Position numbers and translations under genes: made by a program. From assembly GCA_963829055.1 (NCBI GenBank), contig CAWHHI010000016.1:640001-704000 (forward strand): a stretch of 64,000 nt of DNA, given 5' to 3'. The notes below the pieces were generated by a model. That model did not search any database. It was given only the letters and a program-made list of their open reading frames with translations, and had not been told where the DNA came from. The DNA comes from an uncultured Gemmatimonadaceae bacterium (GTDB lineage: Bacteria > Gemmatimonadota > Gemmatimonadetes > Gemmatimonadales > Gemmatimonadaceae). Numbering within the stretch: position 1 is the stretch's first letter; every line of letters starts with the position of its first letter. Below, piece by piece: positions 52,457-62,653 of the stretch.

Positions 52457-55169
52457 CTACGCATCGCGGATCGTCGAGGCTGGATCGATCCGTGTGGCGC
52501 GGCGGGCCGGCACCCACGATGCCAGACCGGCAACGACCGCCACCAGCGCGGCCACGGTTACGAACGTCGCAGGATCGGTCGGCGACACCTCGAACAACAG
52601 ATCCGAAAGGAGTCGAGTGAGCGCCAACGCCGCGACGCTCCCGATCGCTACGGCGATGACCGCGAGAACTCAGCGCTTCGCGTACCACGACGCTCGTCAC
52701 CTGCGCGGCCCGCGCGCCGAGCGCGATACGAATGCCGAACTCGCGACGGCGCTGGACGACGCCGTACGAGAGCACGCCGTACATCCCGACCATCCCGAGC
52801 AGCAATGCCGCAACGGCGAACGCCCCGGAGAGGACGGTCGCGAATCGCCGCCGGGCGATACTCTCCCGGTAGAGCTGGTGAACCGTCGCCACCCGATGGA
52901 CCGGGAGCTCGGGGTCGAGCTGCCTAACGGCGCCGCGAAGGGCAGACCCGAGCGACGTGGTGTCGCCGGTGCCATTGGTGCGCACGACCAGCGTGAGCCA
53001 GGTCATCCAGTTCCAGCGTTTCTGTGCGAACGGCATGTAGAACGCGGGCGCCGCCGCTTCGTCGGCGGCCGTGGTCCGGGCGTCGCCAACGACGCCGACG
53101 ATCTGGAGCCACGGACCCGACGCCCCCACCAGGCTGATGCGAGCTCCCACGGGATCGCGATCAGGCCAATGCAGCCGCGCGAGCGATTCATTCACGATGA
53201 CCACGGGCGGCGCGCCGGCGCGATCAGCCGCCGTGAACGCGCGCCCGCGACGCAGCGGAATGCCTAACACGCGAAAGTAATCCCCGGCAACGACGCGCAG
53301 CGGCTGGGGGTCTTCACGCCCGCTGGCGTTACGAGATGGGCGGCCCTCGACGGCGAACGAGAACGTCGTTTCTCCCGTCGCGCCGAGACTCTCCGTGGTG
53401 CCGGCGACGCCACTGACGTTCGGCAAATCGCTCACCCGCTCCAGTAGCCGATCGTAGAACTGCACATGACGCACGGTGCTGTCGTATCGTGCGTGCGGGA
53501 GATCCAGCGATGCGGTCACGAGGCCGTCGGTGCGGTACCCATAGTCGATCCGCCCGAGTCGCTGAGCCGAGCGAAGCAACAGCCCAGCTCCCGTCAGGAG
53601 CACGAGCGAGATCGCGAGCTCACCGACGAGCAGTAGCGAACGCGTGGGTCCAGTGCGGCCACTGCCAGCGCGGTCGCCGGACGCGCGAAGCGCGAGCTGG
53701 AGCGACTGCCCGCGGAAGCGATCAGCAGCCAGGAGACGCACAGCCGGAGCGAGTCCGAACAACAATCCGGCAACGATCGTCGACACCAAGGCGTACGCGA
53801 GCACGCTGCCGTCCATGTGTACGGCCGTGAGGCGCGGGATATCGCTCGGTGCCAGCGCGAGCAGCGCGCGTGTGAGGACTGCCGCCGCGCCTACGCCGAG
53901 CGCACCACCGAGCAGCGCGACGACGAGGCTCTCGGTGAGCAATTGCCGCAAGAGCCGGCCGCGCGCGGCGCCTAACGCGCCACGCACCGCCATCTCGCGC
54001 CGCCGGCTCACAGCGCGCGCCAGCAGCAGGTTCGCGATGTTCGCGCAGGCAACGACGAGCAGGAGCGTCGCGCCCGCCATGAGCACGAGCAGCAGCGGTC
54101 GGACACGGACAACGAGGTCATCGCCCATGGCGACCACGTTCGTGCCGTATCCGGTCATGTACTGCGGATATTCGCGCGCGAGCCCACCCGTGATCGACCG
54201 CATTTCCGCGCGCGCCGATGTGATCGTCGCTCCCGGCGCGAGCCGTGCGACCACCAGCCAGTTGTGACTGCGACGCTCGTTCGAATCGATCTGGTCGTCC
54301 GTGACCGGTCGCCAGATATCGACGCCGGCAGCCGGAAACTCGAACTCCTCGGGCATGATGCCAATAACGGAGTGCGGGACACCGTTGAACATCAAGCGGC
54401 GTCCGATCACGCCGCGATCGAGGCCAAAGCGCCGCTGCCAGAACTGGTGACTCAGCACGACGATCCGTCCGTCGCCGGTCGCGTCATCAGGCACGAACGA
54501 GCGACCTAACGCGGCGCGCGCGCCGAGCGTCTGCATGAGCGACGGCGTGGCTTCGACGACGGTGATCTGCGTCGGGTCACCATCGCCAACGTAGCTCACC
54601 CCGTGTGGTGCGCCATGCGCACCCATGACGGAGAACGACTTCGCAGCGGAGCGCCAGCTCGCGTAGTTCCCTATCGACGCCACGTTGTGATCATCGCCAC
54701 GGGGCGACACCTCCCAGATGCGGACGAGCCGCGCGGGATCAGCATACGGCAGCGGGCGGAGCAGGACGCCGCGCACGATGCTGAAGATGGCCGTGCTCGC
54801 GCCGATGCCGAGCGCCAGCGTCAGCACGATGGCGGCGGTGAACCCTGGGGCTCGGCGCAATGACCGCACCGCGAATCGAACGTCCTTGCGCACCGAGTCC
54901 AGCAACTCGGACCACTCGTGTCGACGCTCCTGCTCGGCGCCGATGTCTTCGCAAAGCCGGCGCGCGCGCTCCATGTCGCCGAACTCCGTTCGGGCTCGTG
55001 CGCGAGCCTCGTCAGGCGAAACGCCGTTGGCCACGTGACGCGCCGCGATCATGTCGATGTGGAATTCGAGCTCGTCGGCAACGTCGGCCCGTACGTCAGC
55101 ACCGCGAAGTCGCAGATATCGTCGCCACGCCGGTGCGCTGCTCTCGCGGTCGCGCGGTTGATTCGTCAT
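52457..55169 (-). CDS. Duplicated MacB/FtsX-type ABC permease (ADOP-like), frameshift near 52670
   Basis: ELEFHIDM prefix, LALGIGASTAIFS, ACANIANLLLAR, REMAVRGALGA and REFGIRIALGA motifs; true end IDPASTIRDA-stop in another frame. Confidence 0.9.
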
Positions 55170-55176
55170 GATGGCC

Positions 55177-55521
55177 TCAGGCGCCCTGCTCGGCGGCCGC
55201 GAGCACCTTGCCGATGACGGACACGTAGCGCGTCCAGGTCTCCGCCTCCGCGCGAAGCTCGCGGCGTCCGCGTGTCGTCAGGCGGTAGAACTTCGCTTTG
55301 CGGTTGTTCTCTGACAGACCCCACTCGGCCTCTATGAGGCCGCGGGCTTCCATCCGATGGAGCGCCGGATACAGCGCGGCGTCCTCGATGCGGAGCTCAC
55401 CATCTGTCGTCTGCCGAAGCCACGACAAAATCGAGTAGCCGTGCATGCGTCCCCAAGCGAGCGCTTTGAGAACGAGCATGTCGAGGGTTCCCTGCAGGAC
55501 ATTGACTTCGGCGCGCGCCAC
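55177..55521 (-). CDS. PadR-family transcriptional regulator
   Basis: LQGTLDMLVLK, HGY, LYPALHR and WGLSENNRKAKFY motifs. Confidence 0.95.
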   Translation of the reverse strand: MARAEVNVLQGTLDMLVLKALAWGRMHGYSILSWLRQTTDGELRIEDAALYPALHRMEARGLIEAEWGLSENNRKAKFYRLTTRGRRELRAEAETWTRYVSVIGKVLAAAEQGA

Positions 55522-55528
55522 GTGGCCT

Positions 55529-55584
55529 CTCCACCAAATGATTTAGGGGAGAGTAGGATCGTTCCACTAAACTGTCAAGGGGAG
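55529..55584 (-). promoter_or_regulatory. padR promoter with two candidate operator palindromes
   Basis: TTGACA (55578-55573), 17-nt spacer, TACTCT (55555-55550); two related 23-bp imperfect palindromes at 55529 and 55562. Confidence 0.7.
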
Positions 55585-56556
55585 ACCGCGGACTGGCCGC
55601 GAGGCTCGAACGGCTCCATGTGCACGAGCACGGATGCGACCTGCGGCACCGCCGACTGAATTGCGCGCTTGACCTGACCACCAAGCGCGTGCGCATCGCG
55701 GAGTGATATCGCCGGTTCGGCCTGCACGTGAATGGTCGTTCGATACGTCAGTCCCACCTTTCGCAGATACAGCTTCTCGACAGCGAGCACGCCAGGGACC
55801 GCCAGCGCCGCGCGGCGCACTGGCTCCACCACCGTGGCGTCGGCCATGCGGTCCATGAGATCGTGCATTGCGGACCGCAGCATCGAGATGCCGTTGAACG
55901 CGATCACGCCCGACGCGAGAAGCGCCGCCCAGTCATCGGCGGATGCCCACCGCGTGCCGCCTGCGGCTCGACTCCCGACGAGGGCGATGGAGATGCCAAT
56001 GAAGGCTGCCGCGGACGTGATCGCATCGCTCAGGTGATGCGCGGCATCGGCCTTCACGGCAGTGCTGCCCGTGTCCGCACTGACGACAGCGACGCGACGC
56101 GAGAGCGTCCACTTCGCGAGCATGACAGCGACGAGGACCGCGAGCGTCCAGGGCGCTGGTAGCTCGTGCGGCGTTCGAATTTCGTCGCACGGCCTGAATG
56201 CCGATACCGACAGCGGCGAGCAGCAGCATGGCTGAAACGACCGCGGCAGCGAGCGCTTCCGCCTTGCCGTGCCCATACGGATGGTTGTCGTCCGGTGGCC
56301 GAGCCGCGATGGCCAGTCCGCTCCACACGATGAGTGACGCGACCACGTCGGCCAACGACTCCACTGCATCAGCCACGAGTGCGTACGTGTTCCCAACCAG
56401 TCCCGCGACGAGCTTTGCCGCCGCCAACCCGGCGTTGACGAGCATACCGACCTGGGCTGCGCGAATGCTGCGGCGAGTCGCTTCCACGATTGGCGCGAGG
56501 GAGGAGCGTAGTGTTGGATCGAGGCGCTCGTTCGTGCGGAAGTTAGTCGCCTGCAA
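55575..56556 (-). CDS. Cation diffusion facilitator (FieF-like), frameshift near 56190
   Basis: ALVADAVES and HPYGHGKAE in one frame; ADAAHHLSD, AHALG and LVHMEP in the next; start uncertain. Confidence 0.88.
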
Positions 56557-57635
56557 TGACGCTCACCAACGGCGCGCTGCCCACGACGCAGTCGCGGGTT
56601 CGCGACACGGCGGGCCGAGCACGTCGCCTAACGCGACTCGGTCAGCCGGCGCCGCTGTGCGACTGAAGCTTACTCGAGCGTCAGTGCATCGTCGTCCACG
56701 GGAAGCACGTCATGTCGACGGACAGCAGTCGTCTCGACGTCGATCACATGTCTCCGAACGACGACTCGTCCGGGTCACCGTACGGACGCTCACCGTAGCA
56801 CCAGTCGTCTTCACGGCCGCCGCTCACGGTCGTCGAGCGCGGCAGCTCACGCGCGAGCTGTCTCGGGACCTGGCGATCATCGCGCCCGAGCGCATCGGTG
56901 GTGACGCGATCGTGAGGCGATCCGTTCGAGTTTCTGATCGGGGCGAGCCGAAGCACTGCAGTCTCGGTGCGAAGTAGCGGTAGGTCATGCGTCAACCTCC
57001 AACGGTCGGCGTGGACCGAACCGTACCGGGCCGAGATCAAGGCGGCGTATCAGGAATGTCACGTCGACGCCACGCTGTCGGCTGCTGGCGAGTCCGTGAT
57101 GCCAGCGCACCTAACGACGCTAACAACATCCTTCGCCTTGATCCTAACGCGGCGGGTGCCACGCTCAGCGCGTGAACGACTGGAACCTGACCGCCGATCT
57201 GCCGGTGGTGGAGCGAACCGCGGGGTCGAGCCGGTGACGTGGGTTACAGATGCGTCGCTGACTGCTGGCGGCCACCGAAACTAGACGTGCGCCAGGCTGA
57301 GCCGCGTGGGGTACCCGAGCCGCCTAACGATTCCTCGTCTGCAGCAGCCTCGAGCATGTGGCCCGGGCGTCATCGATATGTATCGCGACGCGAGACGCTC
57401 CCAGCCACGGCGCTGAGGGCTGTCCCCAACGTCCCATTGTTGACCGCGCGATTGGCGCGAAATTGCGCATGTTCTTCGTAGATCGGAGCGACGGTGACGC
57501 GGCGCGTGGTCAGCGCTTTCCGGCCGTCGCGACGTCTCTGCATCCCGACCTCCGAGATCGTCTTCGGGGAAGCCGCTCGCGCGGGTGCGAGCGTGCGCGT
57601 CACCGCCCGAAGCAAGCTCACCTCAGGAGCATACG

Positions 57636-58217
57636 ATGGCCGACACCCCGCCCACCCCTAGCACCCCCGGCGCCTCAAGCACGCCAAGCACCACGACCAC
57701 TCCGAGCACCTCCAGCACCGCGAAGTCCCCATTCAAGTCCGATCAGTATATGTCGCCTGGTAAGGCCGGGCAGTCGAAAGTGGAGAAGGCCGACCAGACC
57801 GAAGCGACGAAAACTGCTCGGGCCACGGCGGTGAAGACGGACCAGCCCGTCCAGAGGCTCATGACCGTGACCATAACGATCGACGCCGAATCGGCCGAGG
57901 TTGTTCGCGTCGAGGGCGTCGATGCGACCGGCGCGCGCCACGAGCTCTCCGCCGAGGAGAAGGCGAGCTTCATGAAGGAAAGGCGCGACGAACGCGTTCT
58001 CGCGTTGGTAGAGCATGCCTTCGAAGCCGGAATCGCAAGCGTACTCGGAGTCGGAGACGAGGAGGAGGAGAATACGCAGGAATCGCCGGAGGATATTGAG
58101 TTTCGCCGCGAACTGCTCGCGCCGCTGATCGAGCGAAGCGGTCTTGGTCACCTGAAGGAGCGGCCCGCGCTCAACCGGGCGATTCTGGGCACATTGATCG
58201 AGCACTCCATGAAGTGA
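57636..58217 (+). CDS. Hypothetical protein with Ser/Thr/Pro-rich N-terminus and acidic tract
   Basis: AGGAG RBS before ATG 57636; 193 aa with GC-rich third positions. Confidence 0.75.
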   Translation: MADTPPTPSTPGASSTPSTTTTPSTSSTAKSPFKSDQYMSPGKAGQSKVEKADQTEATKTARATAVKTDQPVQRLMTVTITIDAESAEVVRVEGVDATGARHELSAEEKASFMKERRDERVLALVEHAFEAGIASVLGVGDEEEENTQESPEDIEFRRELLAPLIERSGLGHLKERPALNRAILGTLIEHSMK

Positions 58218-58337
58218 GCCGTTCCGCCGCGTGGGAGTGCGACTGAGGTTCGCGACGGTAATAGGCGACGGTAATAGGATCCTGCGAGGCTGCTGGTTCC
58301 GCGTTCGACTCAACAGATGATCAAACAGGAGCACGAC

Positions 58338-59115
58338 ATGAGTGACAGTGCACGGGAAACTGAAGATCTCGCGAAACTCGCGGTCGGCGGCCGAATGATT
58401 CGTAACGGCCGGACTCGCCGCGCCCTCATCGCACGACTCCTGAGCGAGCAGGCGGCAGGGTCGGACGAAGAGGGAGACGAGGAGACGACCGACGAGGGTG
58501 GCGATGACGACCGCCAGCTGGTGAAGGCGCTCCTCGGTAGCCGCATGCTGAAGCGCCGCCGACTGCGCCGAGTCCTCCTCGCGCATCTCATCAGGGAGCG
58601 CGGTGCGAGTGAGGGTGACGATGAGGTAGAGGATAATGACGAGGACGTCGGCGAGGAGGAGTCGGGCGATGAAGATCGCAAGCTCCTGCGCCTCGTGCTC
58701 GGCAGCCGCATCCTGCGGAAGCGCCGCGTACGCCGCGCCCTCATCGCCAAGCTGCTGAGGAACCGCAGCGGCGCCGAGACCGACGACGATGAGTTGACGA
58801 TGACGTGGACGAGAGTGACGACGACATCGGCGAGGAAGGCGGCGATAGCGAGCGCAAGTTCCTCCGCCTCCTGGTCGGCAGCCGCATCCTGCGGAAGCGC
58901 CGCGTACGCCGCGCCCTCATCGCCAAGCTGCTGAAGGACCGCAGCGGCGGCGGCGAGACCGAGGACGACTACGACGATCAGGCGAGGACGAGGACGTGGA
59001 GGAGGGGCCAGACGTGGAGCGTCAGCTGGCGCGCCTGCTGGTCGGAGGCCGAGTCGTCCGACGGCGTCGCACACGAAAGGCTGCGCTTGCCCGCTTCCTG
59101 CGTAACCGGGATTGA
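58338..59115 (+). CDS. Five-repeat Arg-rich/acidic block protein, two -1 frameshifts near 58795 and 58980
   Basis: AGGAG RBS before ATG 58338; the repeat continues across three frames to TGA 59113-59115; about 259 aa when repaired. Confidence 0.8.
58699..58934 (+). repeat. 60-bp identical direct repeat inside the repeat-protein gene
   Basis: 58699-58758 is identical to 58875-58934; period 176 bp, or 177 bp (59 codons) with the missing base restored. Confidence 0.9.
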
Positions 59116-59150
59116 TGTGCCCTGAAACGCAGCGAACGAATGGGTAATGC

Positions 59151-59190
59151 ACGGCAGAGCAGCCGGAGGGTGCCCCGGCTGCTTTGTCGT
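59151..59190 (+). terminator. Hairpin terminator after the repeat-protein gene
   Basis: ACGGCAGAGCAGCCGG-N8-CCGGCTGCTTTGTCGT. Confidence 0.65.
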
Positions 59191-59441
59191 GTGCCTTGGG
59201 TCGGCGGGACCGCGCGCCGTGTAAACCCGCGCTCGGCGGTGGAGCGTTAGGCACGACCGCGGACGAGCCGCGGCCACACACCCTCGCGGCGCGTCATCCT
59301 CGCCTGTCTCCTACTCACCGCTCCAGGCGCACTCGCGCAAACGCCAGCGCCTAACGCCGATCCGTCGTACGTTCGGATCGCACGGTGGCGCGAGTACGCG
59401 CGACATCCCGGTCGACATCGCTCCGATTTACCGTCGCCTCG

Positions 59442-60959
59442 TCACGCTTTCGGCTTCGCCTTCGTCCACACCGGCTTTTCGGGCAGCCGCTCACGGTCGA
59501 TGATGCGACCGTCACGCATCACGAGCGACAGCTTGCGAATGTTGTGAATGTCGGCGAGCGGATCGGCGTCGAGCACGAGCAGATCCGCGAGCTTGCCCGT
59601 CTCGAGCGTCCCGAAGTCCTTGAGCCCCTGCGACGCGATGGCGCCGTTCTTCGTCGCGGCGACGATCGCCTGGGACGTCGTCATCCCCAGCTCCACGAGA
59701 CCTTCGATCGCCGCGAGCGTTGCCGTGCCTGGCATCGCGTGCAGGTCCGTGCGCGGCATTCGAAGAAATTCGGGCGCACTGCTCAGATACGTATCGGTAG
59801 ACGGAGTCGTTATGCAGCCACCCTTGATCAGCGCCTCCGCATTCGCACGCCGAATGGCCACACCCTGCGTGCGCTTCTCGTTCCGTAGCTCCCAGCCGGT
59901 CTTGGCGCGCTGCTGCATCAGCTTGAGCGTGTCGTTCCTCACAGAGTCGGCCTTCGCCGAGTCCGCGCGCTGCCGCGTCTTGAGATAGTCCTTCCACGGC
60001 TTGCCGGTGATGCCGTTCGACAGGATGGAGCAGATCACCTTGCGTTCGACGATGAGCTTCACGAGCTCGTCGGGGATCGGCACGTTATGCACTTCTGGGT
60101 GCTGGATGAGATCGATGCCGGCCAGCACCGAAAGCCGCAGCGGCTCCGGGTTCGTCGCGTGCGTCTCGGCGATCAAACCGCGTTTGTGCACCTCGTCGAC
60201 GAGTGCTTCCTGTTGCCGAGGTGAGAACGTGATGAGGTTGTTCGTGTGGCCCGTGCCGCCGTACTTCACGAAGTTGGGGCCCTTGTCGAGATAGGCACGC
60301 ATGGCGACGCGCAGCTCGTCCGGCGACAGGTCGAGCAACTCTTCACCCGAGCCTTGCGCGATGAAGTCCATCATCTGCTCGTCGAAGAACGTCGTCGGCG
60401 TCGCGTTGGAGAAGAGCGGCGACTTGGGTCCGCCCCATCCGACGATGTTGCCGGCGACCAGCAGTCGTGGACCGATCAACTTTCCGCGCGCAATCGAGTC
60501 GCGCACCGAGATGAGCGGGAGCAAAGCGCCGTAGCTGTCACGGACGGTCGTGATCCCGTACTTCAGCTCCGTTTGCGCCGCCTCGGTGATGAGGTCGAGG
60601 AAACGGTCCTCGTAGCGCACCATCGATTCGCCGTTGTTGTACAGCGAGAGATGCACGTTCGTGTCGATGAACCCGGGCGTGACGAATTTGCCGGCGGCGT
60701 CGACGACACGGGCGCCTTTCGGCACTTGTACCGTTGCGCGGGGACCAAGCGCGGCGATGCGCTTGCCGCGCACGACGATCGTCGCGTCGGTGAGTGGCGT
60801 TCCGCCATTGCCATCGATGACCGTCGCGCCGACGATCGCGACGAGCGTATCCGACGACGCTACCCTTGACGGTGCGGCCTGCGCTCCGAGCGAGAGCGCG
60901 CCGAACTGGAGAACAACCAGCAAAGGTGTGACGAGCCGAGTTTGCGTTGATCGTGTCAC
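59442..60959 (-). CDS. Secreted amidohydrolase family protein
   Basis: Signal peptide; GATVIDG, TPGFIDTNVH, YGITTVRD and GTLETGKLADLLVLDADPL motifs. Confidence 0.88.
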   Translation of the reverse strand: MTRSTQTRLVTPLLVVLQFGALSLGAQAAPSRVASSDTLVAIVGATVIDGNGGTPLTDATIVVRGKRIAALGPRATVQVPKGARVVDAAGKFVTPGFIDTNVHLSLYNNGESMVRYEDRFLDLITEAAQTELKYGITTVRDSYGALLPLISVRDSIARGKLIGPRLLVAGNIVGWGGPKSPLFSNATPTTFFDEQMMDFIAQGSGEELLDLSPDELRVAMRAYLDKGPNFVKYGGTGHTNNLITFSPRQQEALVDEVHKRGLIAETHATNPEPLRLSVLAGIDLIQHPEVHNVPIPDELVKLIVERKVICSILSNGITGKPWKDYLKTRQRADSAKADSVRNDTLKLMQQRAKTGWELRNEKRTQGVAIRRANAEALIKGGCITTPSTDTYLSSAPEFLRMPRTDLHAMPGTATLAAIEGLVELGMTTSQAIVAATKNGAIASQGLKDFGTLETGKLADLLVLDADPLADIHNIRKLSLVMRDGRIIDRERLPEKPVWTKAKPKA

Positions 60960-61216
60960 GGTCGTATGCGAACGGGTGTCGGGTGATGCAGCAGGCCGAA
61001 CACACGATAGAGGAAAATCGTTTGGAAGTCGACGTCGGTGGGGTGGTGATGCCCCTCGCGTCTACTCGAGTCGCAGCGTGCCTGGACAAACGGTCGACCG
61101 GGCGTGCGAGGCGGCTTGAGCCGAATTCGTCGGACTTCGCGCGTTTCCGAATGGCGACGCGCGGCCACCCCGGCTCGTCGGGCGCCATATTCCTCACTCG
61201 TCATCAGGTGTCGCAC

Positions 61217-61765
61217 ATGACCCGCCCAGCCCGCGCCATCCTCGTGTCGCTCGCCGCCCTAGCCTGCGGGGGCGGGCCTTTCGGCCCGGGGACACCCGCC
61301 GCGACCTACGAGGTCATGGTCACCCCGCGCGACCCCAAGGCGGCTACGTCTCGGTTCGTCGGCACGAACGCGGAGCACGTCGGTGCTCGTATTCCCATCG
61401 ACTCGAGGCAGACGATATGGAGGGCAAAACTGAGCATCCGGCTCATGAACAAGACTGGCGCGCTGGTGGGTGTCATGGACCTCGTCTTCCCCGACACCAC
61501 GCTCCGATATGGCCAGATCGAGCTCGAGCGCGGGCGCCTCGGTCCGTTCCCCGATAGGCTCGTGGCAACGGGGTACGTCGTCCGCCCGGATGGCACGGGC
61601 TTGTACCAGATCACGTCCGGGCAGCTGCAGCTGGCGAAGGGGGCTGAGGGCGTCCTGCAGGGCAGCTTCACCGCCGAGCTCAGTCCCGTCGTACCGGCCG
61701 ACGCAACCGCCGAGGTGGTCGCCGACGCGGCCGGACGATTCGTCGCCCGGCGCCTAACGTGGTGA
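61217..61765 (+). CDS. Hypothetical lipoprotein
   Basis: MTRPARAILVSLAALAC lipobox after an AGGTG RBS; beta-rich body. Confidence 0.6.
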   Translation: MTRPARAILVSLAALACGGGPFGPGTPAATYEVMVTPRDPKAATSRFVGTNAEHVGARIPIDSRQTIWRAKLSIRLMNKTGALVGVMDLVFPDTTLRYGQIELERGRLGPFPDRLVATGYVVRPDGTGLYQITSGQLQLAKGAEGVLQGSFTAELSPVVPADATAEVVADAAGRFVARRLTW

Positions 61766-61839
61766 CGCCGGTACCGGACCGCCCATCGCGCTCTAGCGCC
61801 GGCGCCGATGGCCGAGCGGGAGAACAGCACGGCTACGCG

Positions 61840-62145
61840 AAAGTAGTCGAGCAAGGGTACGTCTCCCGCTGCCCCTGGGCGCAGGATCGGCACGCACAAG
61901 GTGCGGGCGGAGGCCCGGCCGGCGGGGACCGCCGGCTGGGCGGCACGTTAGGCACCCTGATCCAGATGACGATCGATCCCGGAGCCCTTCCGCGGCCGAT
62001 GCTGCAGCAGGTCATAGCGACCGACGCGGCGATGGCGCTGGGCGGAGACATGCCGATGGCGATGTCGACTCCGGTCGAACCGGGCGAATCGCTCGTGGTG
62101 GCCGTGGCGCGCCTGCGGTTGCAGTTTGTGTGGCAGTCGCGGTGA
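61840..62145 (+). pseudogene. Possible remnant of a SIMPL (DUF541) protein C-terminus
   Basis: LGGTLGTLIQMT...PRPM...AMA...TPVEPGESLVV resembles SIMPL C-termini; upstream part is degenerate. Confidence 0.35.
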
Positions 62146-62160
62146 CCGGGCATCCTCGCG

Positions 62161-62610
62161 TTGGCTCCCTCCGGCAACGCCTCGATAGGCTCCGTTAGGC
62201 AACCCAGCTTCTGGAGGCGACGCGTGCTCTCGCTCCTGCTCGGCCTGGTCCAGCTTGGCCACACGATTGCGCGGACGGCACGCAATCCGGAATTCCGCGC
62301 GCTGCTGATCTTGTACGGCGTGCTGCTGGCGATCGGCACGGGATTCTACTCCCGCGTCGAAGGGTGGAGCGTTCTCGACGCGATGTACTTCTGTGTGCTG
62401 ACGCTGGCGACGGTCGGCTTTGGAGACCTCACGCCGCGCACACCGCTCGGCCGGGCGTTCACCATCGTGTACGTGCTCATTGGTACGGGCGTCTTCGTCG
62501 GCGTGGCTGCCGAGTTCGCCATCACGATCCTTCGTGGCCGCGTTGCACCCGCCGTAACCAAAGGAGGGCGACGTGCGGGCGATAGCCTCGAGGGCCGCCT
62601 CGACGAATAG
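62161..62610 (+). CDS. Two-TM potassium channel family protein
   Basis: EGWSVLDAMYF and TLATVGFGD selectivity filter between two TM segments; start uncertain. Confidence 0.88.
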   Translation: MAPSGNASIGSVRQPSFWRRRVLSLLLGLVQLGHTIARTARNPEFRALLILYGVLLAIGTGFYSRVEGWSVLDAMYFCVLTLATVGFGDLTPRTPLGRAFTIVYVLIGTGVFVGVAAEFAITILRGRVAPAVTKGGRRAGDSLEGRLDE

Positions 62611-62653
62611 GTGCGAGGCGACGCCACCGCGTCCCGTTATCATCGCCTGAACG

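Noticed and set aside
57452..57468. sigma54-like TGGCGCG...TTGC upstream of the two-gene module
   Set aside because: The GG-to-GC spacing is one base short of the strict -24/-12 requirement.
56560..57630. Possible small ORF (ATG 56988 on the minus strand after GGAGG) or ncRNA in the 1-kb gap
   Set aside because: No recognisable protein motif or RNA family; cannot be supported without comparative data.
58699..58934. Direct repeats as a possible CRISPR array
   Set aside because: Only two identical copies, in-frame coding, with a codon-multiple period and no cas genes.
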